64,000 bases of DNA from Perkinsus olseni (taxonomy: Eukaryota): NCBI GenBank assembly GCA_013115125.1, contig JABANN010000078.1:1-64000 (forward strand), read 5' to 3'. The notes beneath the pieces were generated by a model. That model saw nothing but the letters and a program-made list of their open reading frames with translations. It was not told where the DNA came from and ran no database searches. Each line of letters begins with the position of its first letter. The first letter of the stretch is position 1. The translations under genes were made by a program, and so were the position numbers. Positions 12,662 through 25,276 of this stretch are shown here, one piece after another.

Positions 12662-13235
12662 CTTCGCCATTGAGATCAACGTTGAGGTCATTTCGATGTC
12701 GTTGGGCGGCTTCACGTGGGAGCCAACGCGCCGCATGCTCCGTCGAGTACTTGATGAGGTTCAGCGCAATGATATTGTACTTGTTGTCGCGGCTGGTAAT
12801 GATGGGAAGTATGCCTATAACTATTACCCATGCTGGTATGGTGGTTCTGAATCTATCTGCGTTGGTGCTCTCAGTAACGAGCAAGGAACTTACATGGCTA
12901 TGTTCTCCAATTTTGGTGAGCAAGTCGATATTGCTACGTACGGCAAGGACATATGCATTGGTCTCAAAGAGGATGGAAGCCCTCAACTCGCAACCGGAAC
13001 ATCCATAAGTACCCCTATGGTTGCCGGCTTTGTGACTATCCTCCGTTCTATGGGCATCCAGCCTAGTCAGGTCAAGTCTCTACTGGTTAACAATGCTGAT
13101 CCTTTAGACCACGTTGGTAGCGCTATACGACCAGGTAGTGGCGGCCTCAATGCCGTGAGGACCATTCGGGCCGCTATACATGAACTACACAGGCAACTCA
13201 GCCCTGCCGGTTTACGAGGAAATATACAACTTTAG
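12662..13235 (+). pseudogene. Subtilisin-like (S8) protease, C-terminal half
   Basis: FAIEINVEVISMSLGG, oxyanion Asn (VVAAGND), ICVGA, FSNFG..VDIA, catalytic Ser (GTSISTPMVAG). It has no N-terminal half in the same orientation. Confidence 0.88.
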
Positions 13236-13450
13236 ATGTCGGCGCTATCAATCAGCCGCCTCATTCCTTCGTCGAAAAAAGAACGGAAGTCTTTTTTCTT
13301 AACTGGATTTTCCTCCGCTCCTTGGGTCCACTCCACCAACCCATAGGACGTTTTTAGCACTTCCTACAGTGCAGGACTTACACCTCTCTTACTTGTACGT
13401 TTACGAGTCTTGTTCTTAAGTTATGAGAGAGATGGGGTTGCAAATTGCAG

Positions 13451-13536
13451 TATGATAATGATATTGCAACTTGCAATATCATTATCATAACGATAATGAT
13501 TTCCTTTCACTCACTGTGAGTGAATGATCATTCACT
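13451..13536. repeat. Cluster of perfect AT-rich palindromes
   Basis: TATGATAATGATATTGCAA-C-TTGCAATATCATTATCATA (13451-13489); TTCACTCAC-T-GTGAGTGAA (13506-13524); AGTGAATGATCATTCACT (13519-13536). Confidence 0.9.
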
Positions 13537-14199
13537 GACTAGGATGTCATAAACGAGGCGATCTGCAATAAGGATTCCTAAGCGTACAGTGTCAAATTTT
13601 AGTGTTGTTCCCTCTTCGTGTTTGCGGTCAAGTACGGGGGGTTGACAGAGCTCATATGTCATCGTCGCTCGATCGATAATCAGCCGTGACAGCTAAATGC
13701 TCAGGGAGGCGGTATCATTCTGAATGAATGACTCATGCATTTGCGTTTGAGCCGTCATGGACGGTCTGTAGGAATGACGACAACAGCCGACCACTGCATG
13801 AAGCGCCTTTCTCTGTGTTTTCCGTGTTTGTATTTGGCCCGCACGAATGCGTAGCCACCGCACTGTCAGGCTAGTCGTCCACTCGATTCCGCACTTGGTC
13901 GCGCTTCAGAATCGGTCGGGTGGAAGCTAGATCTCCGCTGTCATCGGACCGATGAGGCTTGCTGTGTTGCGTGAGTCTTTAAGTGAGTGGTATTGCTCAT
14001 ATTGTAGGACTTGCATTCATCGTATTTCTACGGAGGAGTTGTTTGTGCCCGTCCTGGTGAAGACGCGCGACGTCCGCGAGCGTAACCGTGCGAGTACTGC
14101 GTCCTCCTCAACTGGACTGTCGACACAACGCGCCATGGGCAACTCTAAAGGAACATGTTGCGTAGCTTCAGCACATAGTTAGCACTCGCTGCGGCACGG

Positions 14200-17100
14200 T
14201 CAAGAATGAGGACACATCCCTCCAAGAAAGAGGCTCTTAGACTTCCGCACATTCTCTACCAGTCTGGTGTACTGTGGTCGCAGCGTCTCTATGTCGACTG
14301 GGAAGGCTGCCGAGTCAAAACCATAGGACCGAGGAGGATTCCAGTTGTCAACATGACGTATACCAGACCAGAGCGCCAGGTGATTGAACAGACACCAAAT
14401 TGGACACTCGTTCTCGTGAGCCTGCCTATCATGCCACAACTCGAGGTAGCCGCCGTACTTGGGCAGGAAGGTAACATAGGTCGCCCCTGCTCCATGTGAG
14501 GTTATGAGGATATCACTACTCGAGACAGCAGCGATTTGGTCCCGGGGGCTCAGGGTTGCGATATCAACCGCTGAGACTGATACGTTGGCGCTCATCTTGA
14601 GCATATTGATCAGCTCAGCTTCGTTCTGAACCTGCACGTACAGTTGACGTACAATCAAGGTGATGCGTTCTAGAGCTGCTCACCTGCCTGGTCACGGTCC
14701 CGCGACGAGCCAGGAAAAGCACCCGCAGTTTATAGACTTCTATGGGCTTGTTCGTCAAGTTGTAGTGCGATAGTATCGTGTATGCCAGCCCGACGGGAGC
14801 CGCCAGTGGGTGTGTGCATCCTGAAGTAGTGGCGACAGAGACTAATGCAAACGCTAGTCTGGCAAGGGGATAGTCGAGAAGCACCGAGGATACTCGAATA
14901 AGTGCAACCCGCCAGCTTACGGATAGCCACTTCGTAGTGTGTCGCCTGGAAAGGTGTGTTGTGCATGGAGGGTGCAACAATAACCGGCCCACTGAGTAGT
15001 AGGGCTTCATCTTGGATGTCGCCGATGGTGAAAACCTCTCCTGCCAGGGCGTTGATGAACTCAGTGTGCCATACTGGTATATTGTTATCAAGGAAGATGA
15101 GTCTGACATCGGGCCCCGGCTCTATGCCGAAGACCAACAGAGATTGGTATATGTTGAGATAGTGCATATAGCTGTGCCAAAGATTCCTGTCCTCTCGCTT
15201 CCCGTTACTCTCACGCCAAGTCAACACAGTTGCACCGCTCAAGACTCGTGCCGATGGAGCCAGAGCACTCGCCCAATCGGCTGACTCTACGAAGTCCCGC
15301 ACGTAATTGCCCGTGAAGAGGTTGTCATAGTCGATCGTTGCTACTCGCACGTCACACTGGCCGGACAGGAACCCAGGCTGGTAAGTGAAGTATGCGTCTG
15401 GCGTCCCACTCATCCATGCCCTGTGTTTGAGACGAAAGCTCTTCCGGAGCAGTCCTGGCTTCAACTGTATCTTCTCTCCCCAGCACAGATTGGCGTTATC
15501 GGCCGCAACGGGATGGAAGGGGTTGTTAGCTACGGTGCAGTAGAACTTAGTCGCCGCTCCGTCGCAGAGACGCAGGGCTTTCGAGAAGAAATTGTCGTAG
15601 TAGGTGGTGTCGATATAACCGCAGTCTGGGTCACGTGGCTGTCCATCGAATGGGAGTATTGTAAGCCGGGGATCGGATATTTGACCCAGCGTCGGCGAGG
15701 CGGCGCATCCCCCACTGGAGGTCAGCTTTGGGTATTGGGGCTCGGCTACAGACCTGAAAGAGTATGGGAGGGAAGCATAACAACAGCATCCTAGAGAGAG
15801 GCTCTCATGGAATACCTCGGACTCATGTTTGGGTTCTCTGATTGGCATTTCACGTAAGATACGCTGCCTTTATTCTCATCTGCAGTAACTAAGATCGAAC
15901 TGTGTTATAATAGTCTACCTCGGCGCAAAAGTACTTCGCAACGGTCTCGCTGATTCTTTCACGTAGCACCTTTCCCCCTCGGCGTGCTGCTCGCACTGGA
16001 CACCCGTGCAGCGGCTATTCAGATTTGAGCAGTGGTGGAGGGCCGCCTGAAGCATTGTCCGCTGACGGGTGGTAACATCGATCGTCGGTCACCGTACTAT
16101 CACCTCCAATGGGAACCATCTATGGTCTCTCTCACAGGTCGAGGAGTAGCACCATAGGGCGTTGGGGCCAGACAGCCCGGTGGAGTTGAGCCTCTTGAAT
16201 CTGGAAAGCTCCTGCAGAGCGGCCAACTCCGTCTCGTCGTGTGGCAGAGTGAAAATGGCCTGTGATTCCCTGCTCACCGTTGGCCTCTTGGCCCGGTTAA
16301 GAGTGAGTCTACGCGATCTTGAGGACATTCCGTATCCATCGGGCTGGGCCGTCTGTAGTCCACACAGCCATCGCAATCGCAATGTAACGAGGTCGAGCCG
16401 CACCTGAGAAACGTCGGCTGCTACCATGGGCGCCCAAAAGGGGGGGCAAGGGGGGCGGACGCCCCCCTCACTCAGCTTCAGAGGGGAGCACTGCCCCCTA
16501 CTGACTTTGCCCCAGTGTACGCGTGCGAGCACGCATGCTCAAGGGGGGCACCGAACCGCAGGTGATGTGTGAGGCGCAATTTCGTAGTCATTTCTTACTC
16601 AATGTAGATTGAGTTGAGTGGTCGTCTCATGATTTGCGAGTCACAAACCGTGAATCTTGGAAGCTTTATCGTTGCAGTTGTTAGATCACGGTCTCATGCA
16701 GGAATCCATCGATCGCATGTTCAACCGTGCATTGCCGCGGAGGGGCCAGCCCTCTTCGAGCTCCTCCCGCTCTGCCTCGGTTCCCGCTCCTGCACTATAC
16801 CCGGCAAGCGATCTAGCTGATGACTCATCAGTGATGAGTGTGGAGACTGTGATGACCTTAGACCTTAGAAAGACCTAGACTAGACCTAGACTAGACCTAG
16901 ACTAGACCTTAGAAAGGTTGTCAATTCGTTCGTTCTCGCCAATCGTACAAGGATGACACACTTTAAGCCCTTCGACCTCTCCTAGGTCTTTTTGAGGGGC
17001 GCGAAGCTTTCTCTCGTACTTGATAGCGTGGCACGCTAAGCGTGCGAGTCTGCGACTACCGCAGCCCGGTGCAGGCTGTTCAGCTCCGGCTTATGTTTGT

Positions 17101-17860
17101 CTTGATGGAGCTCCAATTTTTCACGCTACTCGATGAAACGACTTATCCACTTATGTGAATATGAATCTTGCGTTTTTGATTGAAGTCCGTGGAACACGGT
17201 TCGATGAATCTGAAATTCACAGTAAACCGTTCACTCCACGAGCATCATCTGCCCCCCTGAATATTCCCCTGGTTTGGCGCCTATGGCTGCTACACCGCGG
17301 GCCATGACGTAAATATGATGCTGTCCACGCATTATGTGGTAGAAATAGACAGCATATCGTCAGAGTGCTGAAGGACTCAGTTATCAGTAGCCCTCACCAT
17401 CCAGCTGAGGAGCAGCATGGGAAGTCTCCTGCCGCGTCACACTTCCTCCCGCCGAACTCAGCGCCGCATCTCAAATTTCCAGGGGCTGATCTCTCCGGTT
17501 TCGACGTACTGGTCACCAGTGGGGGCTTTTCTAAAAACTCGGCTTTCGAAGATTTCTCAGTCGGGCCTCGTGTAAGATTCGTAGAAGAATGCCCGGACAA
17601 TGACTGAACCCGACCACGGGTGTCAGTATCTGAGGGAGGTCACCGAAAATCCGTCGTCCAAGGTCAACTCTGAAGCCATCTGGACCAGCACCTTGAGTGT
17701 ACACAACCATCATTTTCTTGGCGAGAGACCTAGCAGCCCGGAGATGGGCCAAGACTTCTTCCAGGGGCTGCTGCAGCTCGGTGCGGTCGAGAAACCAAAT
17801 GTTAATAGCGCTCAGCCCAAGGGTGATGACGAGTAGTGAAAGGACATCGCTGCTGGCCAT
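14200..17860 (-). CDS. Type II membrane glycosyltransferase family 61 (DUF563/EOGT-like) with a hevein-like Cys-rich module, multi-exon
   Basis: N-terminal TM (LSLLVITLGLSAINIWF). GT61 motifs NLWHSY..., VLFLARRG, NEAELINML, DQIAAVSSSDILITSHGAGATYVTFLP. The splice junctions TG|GTGAG...CAG|G and AG|GTAG...CAG|G keep the frame where checked. Linking the 5' exons to the GT61 exons is inferred. Confidence 0.75.
16425..17285. mobile_element. Non-autonomous hAT-type DNA transposon (861 bp), intronic
   Basis: Imperfect TIRs CATGGGCGCCCA and TTGGCGCCTATG with G/C-run subterminal tracts. Perfect 8-bp TSD GCTGCTAC at 16417-16424 and 17286-17293. Confidence 0.85.
16854..16916. repeat. Short tandem repeat (GACCTAGACTA-type) inside the hAT element
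   Basis: gaccttagaccttagaaagacctagactagacctagactagacctagactagaccttagaaag. Confidence 0.85.
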
Positions 17861-18700
17861 CTGAACCCTTCACTGGTCATCTGCTGCACACATTAAGATA
17901 GGGCTAGCCCGAATAATACTCCAATAGGGGCGATGCCACAAGGCGGTATAACGCGTACTATATTTTATTGCGGTAGAAGAACACGTTTTACTCAACTTGG
18001 TGCGGCGCCGCCTCGAAAGAATCGACAACAAGCCTCCCACGGCAGTCCGTGTGTGTATAATTATTGTCAATTTCGACTTTCTATATCGCCAGCAGACTGG
18101 TATTAGTGTAGCTGCTTGATAGTTCCACGTGTATCGGGACCTTCCGATTGCATTTCATGTTCCGTGCTCAACATTACGCTTGGCGTTATTATCACGCGTT
18201 ATACATATCGCGTTATGAGCTCATTTCGCGGTTTACGCGTTATACTCTAAAATTTAGAGTCTAAATCGATGCTCGTAACGCGTTGTATTTTTTTCGTAAC
18301 GCGTGAAACGCCCGCGCTTAACACAACGCGGATGCAAGTCCATTAAATTTCTCTATCTTCGAGGACGGCGAGTGAGTGGGAAAATACTGTCATAAGCTGA
18401 AAGTCCGCCGCGGACTCGAACGTACAAGACTAAGAGCACCAGCGTCAACGCGAGGATGGACTCCATAGAATCCGACAAAGACTGCTATCACCCTCGCTCA
18501 TCCGTCAACCGACAGCAAGGACTCAAGGCGCATGCTAAGTGACCACGTTGCCTTAATTCATCTACCCGCGGGAGGTCCTCGCCAAAATTTTCTCAGAATC
18601 CAACGCAAAGTCTGTCAAATCGGTGAAGCAACATTGATGATGGCGTCGCATGGACTTGCTCATTATGGGCAGGTGGTGGTATTATCATTAGAGATTCACT

Positions 18701-21320
18701 TCAAGTGTACAAGTGTACACGTACATGCACTAGAAAGGAAACATTAAAACGGCGGATGCTGCAGTTCAACTCTTGTAGGCTACTCCTAGCCTCCAGCGAC
18801 TCTCCCGCACCGGAAGCACCAAGGAAACCCTCGACGCTGAGCCTAGGGTAGGAAAAAACTTGCTTCAAAGTCTCAGCAGTTGATGAGGAGCTGCTTACTG
18901 ATGCGTCGCCGTGCTTGGGGGTTTCTGCAGGTGATGGCAGGATGATAACCGTAGTCCTCCTCTCCTCAATTTGGCTGCTCTCCCCGTCGTGCGTATCCCT
19001 CAGAGATCTGCTCCCCATTGAGGTTGTGGTCCTCGAGAGGGAACGCTTCAGGTCTGGCAGTTTTCCCGCAGCAACGACCTTAGCCAGCTTCCGTGGATCG
19101 GGCATGCGGTCAGGAGTGAGCGTGAACCTCGGGAACCGGAGATCCTGATCCAGAGCATGCAAACAACAGTATTGCCCCAGGCCATCGATCACCCTGTCAG
19201 TGTCGTGTATCGCATGAGTCTTCGCTCGAGGCAGGGGAGAGCCATTGCAACTGGAGAGTCGAAAGGACCCCATGGGCGAGGTCAAGGGTCCCACACCTAC
19301 TTGAATCGAGTGGTCCTTGGTGTTACTCGCGGCGGTGAGGCGTCTGCCGGAGCATCCATCAAGGGTTGGGCAGGTCGTAGGAGGGGCAGAAGCGGCGAGT
19401 CGGCTAGGTGTTGCCTCTCCTGAGACAACCCGGACTTATAAATTCCTATCTCGGTAGATCTCGTACCCATCTAATGGGCTGGAAAAATGCGGTCCTCTTG
19501 AGTTTCTCGAAGGTGAATCGACCCTTCTCCCAGCTGCGGCGAAATGATGAGCACCAGAAGGCGATGAAACGCTTTCTTACGTCAAAAGGCCTTCGAGAAC
19601 TTCTCTGCAATCCTCACTCAAGTTCAAGTTGGTTGTTGCTCTCTTGGGAGGGATGCTCAGGTAAAGCGGGAAAGCGTAGATCTTATCATGACAGGTTACT
19701 GAGGATGAGTGAGGCGAGCTAATCCAATCGAAGGCGGCGGTCCTACGGCCATCGGGGCTTTTACGGAAGGGTACGTCCTTATACAGCATCTCGAAGAATA
19801 TGATACCAACAGCCCAGAGATCACATAGATGGGTGTATGAACCTGACAGGGCAGATGCGGTCGGGATCCAATCCCCGGTAGGCACCTCTAATCATCTCTG
19901 GACTCATGTAAAGTGGGGTACCACAGCGTTCCTTCAGCTTGCCAGACTCCTACAGCGATGAATAGGCTTGCTGATGCTCCCACCTTCCTACCGGTGGATC
20001 CATCTCCGCACAGAGACCGAAGTCCAGCAGCTTCAGATGCCCCTTCTCGGTGATGACCACGTTGTCGGGTTTCACATCACGATGCGTGAAGCCCAGCTGA
20101 TGCACCTGCAGCAACGCGAACGCAATTTTGAGATTACCAATGAAGCATTTCTCACAGCATCCACGCCCAGCAGGATTTCGGCGGTGCAGAACCTGGCTAA
20201 GTCCACAGAGGTGAAGGCGTCCTTGTGGCCCTGCATCAGCTGCCTCAGCGAGCCGGCCGGTACCTCACCACGCCATCGACCTACTGACCTACTCTCCCCT
20301 ACATTCAACTTACCAGCTCCGAGAGCATGTAAAGATTGTTTCGGTCCTGGAATGCGGCATAGAGGGTCACAATCATAGGGCTGTGAGTGCCCTTGAGCAG
20401 CGCCTCTCGCTCCGCCATCACTTGTACCGCACCGTTTTTATATCGGTAATAGTTCTTCGGAAGCACTTTCAAAGCGAACTCCCTGCAAAGCGAAGGAAAG
20501 CAGCGAACCGAGCTGGTGAGGGGGGCACTTTCATCGAGGCTCGTCTGTTTCCAGGACCCGCGACTGCAAGCAGCAGAACACTCACTTTGGTGGCCCATCG
20601 TTTGACGATACGCTTTCCCCCTCCGGGCCCCGATCGAGGATAGCTCGCTCGATGTTTCTATCATGTAGGGTGACTCGGAACACTCTACCGTAGCTGCCAG
20701 CGCCAAGATTGTCGATTACCTGATAGCAAGATGACCGGGATGAGCATGAACACGCAGTGTGGCCGACATCGAAGTTATCTGTGTTCAGGCGTATCCGTCT
20801 CCTTCTGAGCCAGAGGTTGGTCTGGCCCCTGATAACCTCGAGGAGCTCATCGTCTTCATAGGTCCTCGGCGTAGGTGTAGAGTCGTCATTCTGCTGCAGC
20901 AGCTCCTCAGCCACGATAGTCGGTGCCTGCCTTTCTGTCAGCAACCCCAGAGTAAGAACCAGCGAGAGGGCGGCAAGCGTTTCGATTCCCCTCGGAGCTG
21001 GGTTCTTCCGATGAGACCAGCGTCACTGTGATAAACCTACCCGTTGAAGCTCCTCAAGTTTCTGCAACTCCTCTATTCTGTCTCTCTCTTGCTTCTCTAT
21101 TGCCACCTTATACATGTCCATCTTCTGTCGTGTTGACTGGATGCCTGCGCTTGTCTGACTGCTGCAAGTATCAGCGGTTTTCCTGCCCATGGGCTGATTA
21201 GAGGAGTACCACAACTTTCTCGCAGGTAGCGCTCCCTACCGAACCGCTCCGCGAGCTTTCTTCAGACGATCGCCTCCACTGACCAAGCCACCATTGACCA
21301 CTCAACAAGAGTACCATATT
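18701..21320 (-). CDS. AGC-family Ser/Thr kinase, NDR/LATS-like, multi-exon; ends approximate
   Basis: [72 protein letters not shown]. The N-terminal [13 protein letters not shown]...LRRRRIRL segment resembles the NDR MOB-binding region. Confidence 0.85.
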
Positions 21321-21387
21321 GATGCGTAGTGTACATAGAGACTGAGAACTTGTATGCTTCAAGGAACAGAACGCTCACACACTAACT

Positions 21388-23345
21388 CTAGTTCTGGAGT
21401 AAGGACTGTATAGGGGGATCGTAGTCGTAGGTGAGATCCAGCACTGTCTCGCCCGAGGAGTTGTGTATACCCTTGGCGGCACCGCGATCAAGCAAGAGCT
21501 TAACGACAGGGACTTCTCCAACCATACACGCGTACTGAGGGGACACATTCGTCAAAAGCGATACGGGCTACCTACACTACTAGCACCACTGCCAGAGTAA
21601 AATCGGGAAATTCGCGGGAATAACGCCGCCACGGGTCATAGCGAGAGGCGTTCAGTCCAGTAGGCTAACGTGACCCCCGTTGAAACCGAGGCAGCCTCTG
21701 ATGCGTGGGAGTTAGAGCTACAGATTACGCTTAGTGGCGTCTCCCCTTCAGAGTCCTTGGCATTCACATCAGCACCATTGTCCAACAGTAGTCGGCAAAC
21801 ATCAAGCTGACTCCTATCGCATGCCCAATGGAGTGGGGTCATACCTGAACATGCAAAAGCGAAGACACATATTCCACTGCTTCTGAAAGGAGAGGGGAGG
21901 CTGCACGCGGAGCTGCCGAGTCAACTACTCCTCACGTGACTGGACTGCTACGATAATGCCATCGAAAGAATGCTCAGTCAGCGTAGCTCTCTGACGATCA
22001 AGCAGCACCCGCCACTACCGTCCACATCCTCCATTTTCGCGGCGCTGGGATGGGTCGCCAGGATCTGCTGTACCTTGTCGACCTCTCCTTCAGCACATAA
22101 TCTGAGATCACCAGCCGCACATGACTCCGCTGTCTCCCAATACTCTCAGTATGCGCAAGAGATACTATGCAAGAAAAGAAGTGATTCATCAGTCGAAATT
22201 TCATCGGTGAAACCGCGGATGACCTTGACAACCACTCAACCCAGGCCGTGAGTTCTCGACTGCTTATAACATTGCAATGATCTCGCTGGCTCCGACCCAG
22301 AGCTTCGGCCCACATCGGTCCACGAAATAGCACGCAGGAATATCACCAAGCAGCCTTACTGACAGAACAGGCCCGCTGCTGAATTGTCGATGGAAGCTCC
22401 CTCATCGTCCCCCACCACCATCCGGGGCTCTTGCGAATACTCAACCTGCGGATGCACCGATGAACGCAAAAATGACTACTTGCTGAGCGCGTAGGAAAAG
22501 AAGAGACGATTTCAAAGTCCAAAATTTAGAATTTGAATGAAACCTCCCTCCCGTGTGGAAGACTATACACATTGGAAGCACCCCGTTGAGGAGACAGCAC
22601 CGTCGATGCCCATGCCTGAACCCACGGCAGCTCCTAGTAGGAGCCTCCTACCACCTTCTTATCCTCAGGTTCATTCATCCAGATGTTATCACCCTCCTCT
22701 TCATCGCATGCCTGACGATTAAAGGACTTGCTCATGGCGAGCTGTTGCACAACCCTCCTACTTCTCGCCAATCAGGCTTAGCGTCTTCCAGAACTCTAAT
22801 ATAACTCCGGAATGCTTCTTCCTTCGTGCATCCCCTTTTAGCCTCCCATGACTTGGTCATGTAATATCTGATCGTGCCACAGCAGGTAGGCAACAACAGC
22901 CGCATCGACACTAGAGACGCCCACGAACGAGAAGAAGGAAGGGCGGAAATGCGTGGATGGACTGGGTTGACAATAGAATAAAGGACATACTCATCAGCTC
23001 TACTGGCGCGAATGCTCTTTGAATGCTTGCCCAGACTCGTTCGACTACTACGCTAGTGAGCAGAAAAGCCCAACGAAGGATCCATTTCAACCCCTCCGAT
23101 GTTCTTAGTGAGTTGTGTGGTCATTACCTAGCCCCAGCGGACCACTTCCCTGCCTTGGCAGTGGCGTCATCGCAATCACCGATAGTTGCCTGCTTGTACC
23201 ATCCATAGAGCTCCAAGCGCCTACAATAGACTACCACTATCTAGAGAGATAGGGGCAGGGCAAAGAGGGTACGTCCGGTCATCCAAGTTATCTTCGCCGT
23301 GATCACCGACATAGTCAACGGCGGCACAAAACTCATCAGGCCAAC
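21388..23345 (-). CDS. Acyl-CoA-binding protein with C-terminal ankyrin repeats (ACBD6-like); start approximate
   Basis: ACBP exons [22 protein letters not shown] and [18 protein letters not shown]...PDW; ankyrin exons [37 protein letters not shown] and [15 protein letters not shown]. Confidence 0.85.
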
Positions 23346-24499
23346 CTGACCATGATGTTTCACACAAATGAGGGGATTACGAAGGAGCTACTATAGCAGA
23401 CCGTTTATAATACAGTCCGATGAGAACATTGCCCACAGGTGATCTGAACCATTCAAAGCGTGAATATGAAAACGACACCCTGCTCATTGGATCAGAAAGC
23501 GGTGGGGCATCCTTTTTTGACGGGCACTTTTTATTCGCACTAACCGTATATATGAGCAAAAAATATGATTCACCACGTTGGTAACACAACAGGGAAGAAA
23601 GTAGGAATTGTACTGTACGATACAAGATGGTATATTAGGCTGGAGTGGCTCAGAGTTTTCGGAGGTGGGTGCACGATGTAGATGTACACCACAAGCCGCC
23701 AGAGGCACGTATGTCACGCTCCGCAGAGTCGTTCAATCGTCACGAGGATTATGCGACTACCAGCTCGGGCTTTTACCACCGGCTTGGGTGTGAAAGGCTG
23801 TATCGCATTGCTAATGCAATAAGCATCAAAGCAGTGATCCCATCACTCAGATCCCAAAGCATGATAGATACGAGCGATTCGAAGTAATTGCTGCCATAAT
23901 TAGTAGCACACCCCGGTTAGTAGCAGTGCTACTGTAGCACGCCTCTCTCTGCTTCCGTTGATTGCAACCATGTACCATGGTTCATATTTAAACTTGCTTA
24001 CGACCGTAGGTATGGTTTGATACACATCTAAGGCATATATGCAACAACGATTAAGTACAAGTTGTAGACGTCGCCGAATCATTAATGCTAAATCAACTAT
24101 ATTCGTCTGTAACATCCGACGGAACCACTAGGAGAAAACAGCTGCCGCAGTGGTAGTGCAGCTTATCCTTGATTGAAACACGAGATGGTCTCGGATCTCG
24201 CGGGCAGGCTGAAGCTGACAATGTCAGCCTGACATTCGACAGTGATACTATCACTGTGATAGACCTCACCTCTAGCTTAGCTGTAGACAGCCACTAACTG
24301 CTCAGGTGGGATGTGACACTGCAGTCGTAGCAGCGGATTCCGCTCTTCTGGATGGTCTCTTAGGTACGGTTGCCGGGACGCCCTTTCCCTTTGGAGCTCT
24401 TACAAGGATAAGTTACCCTTGTTGGACGTGTACTTGGTGGTACCAACCACCGTAGTTGAACCACGTTCAAGCTAGTCACTAGCTTAGCTTATTATGAGT

Positions 24500-24999
24500 T
24501 CATCTCCGATGATTCATTGGCGATGAATCATCGATGCCTCCGATAGCCGGAGAGCCGGGTTGAGGATACATGCATGAGAGCTGTCGCGAGGCCACGGTTG
24601 AAATAAGCGTTAGGCGACTAAAACAATGCTCTACGAAACTCCATACCATTCGGAAGCCGAACAATTTTCGAGCCCTGTTTCGTTCCCTCGCTCGCGCTTC
24701 AGATGGTTCAGGCCGACTGTGCATAATATTTTTGGTCGGAATGTATTGAATACAGACTGTATTATACAGTGTACAGTCTGCGCCGCTCGGTCGAAGTCAA
24801 ACCCGAAAAGGCCACTCGCAATCATACCACTTGCACGAACCGTCGCATTACTTGATGACCTCTTGGGCTTGTCTTCTGTCCTCCTTTTCACTCCTCGTCT
24901 CCTCCGGCCTTCACTACGGTACAACAGCGCAAGGTAGACAGCAAGGCCTGCACTAGCCACGACGGCACTGGTAACAATCGTCCGCCATGAAGATTCCAT
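24500..24999 (-). CDS. Hypothetical protein with N-terminal TM segment (5' part only; probably continues to lower coordinates)
   Basis: MESSWRTIVTSAVVASAGLAVYLALLY followed by a basic patch. Confidence 0.35.
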
Positions 25000-25276
25000 T
25001 TCAACTCCCTGCGACCAAAGCCGAGTCCGGTGATTGATACAACACAACGAGATGGATACAATACAATCAACGCAACAAAGAGGTTCACGGTAACAACGAG
25101 AACATGATCACAACAGTCCACGCAGAGCCGCCAAGTGGCTGCACAACGTCTCGCGGAATATAAGACAAGCGCATCGGCGAGGATCCTAAACATTTAACGC
25201 TTAGCCCCTACGACAAACATTTATAGTAAAATAACTATACGTTAACCACCACCTTCGGTGTGCGAAGTACTCCTCG

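Noticed and set aside
12548-13300. Positive evidence that the split subtilisin is a retrocopy
   Set aside because: No spliced-leader relic, no convincing poly(A) tail (only A7 near 13275) and no flanking TSD were found. It is kept only as an alternative explanation.
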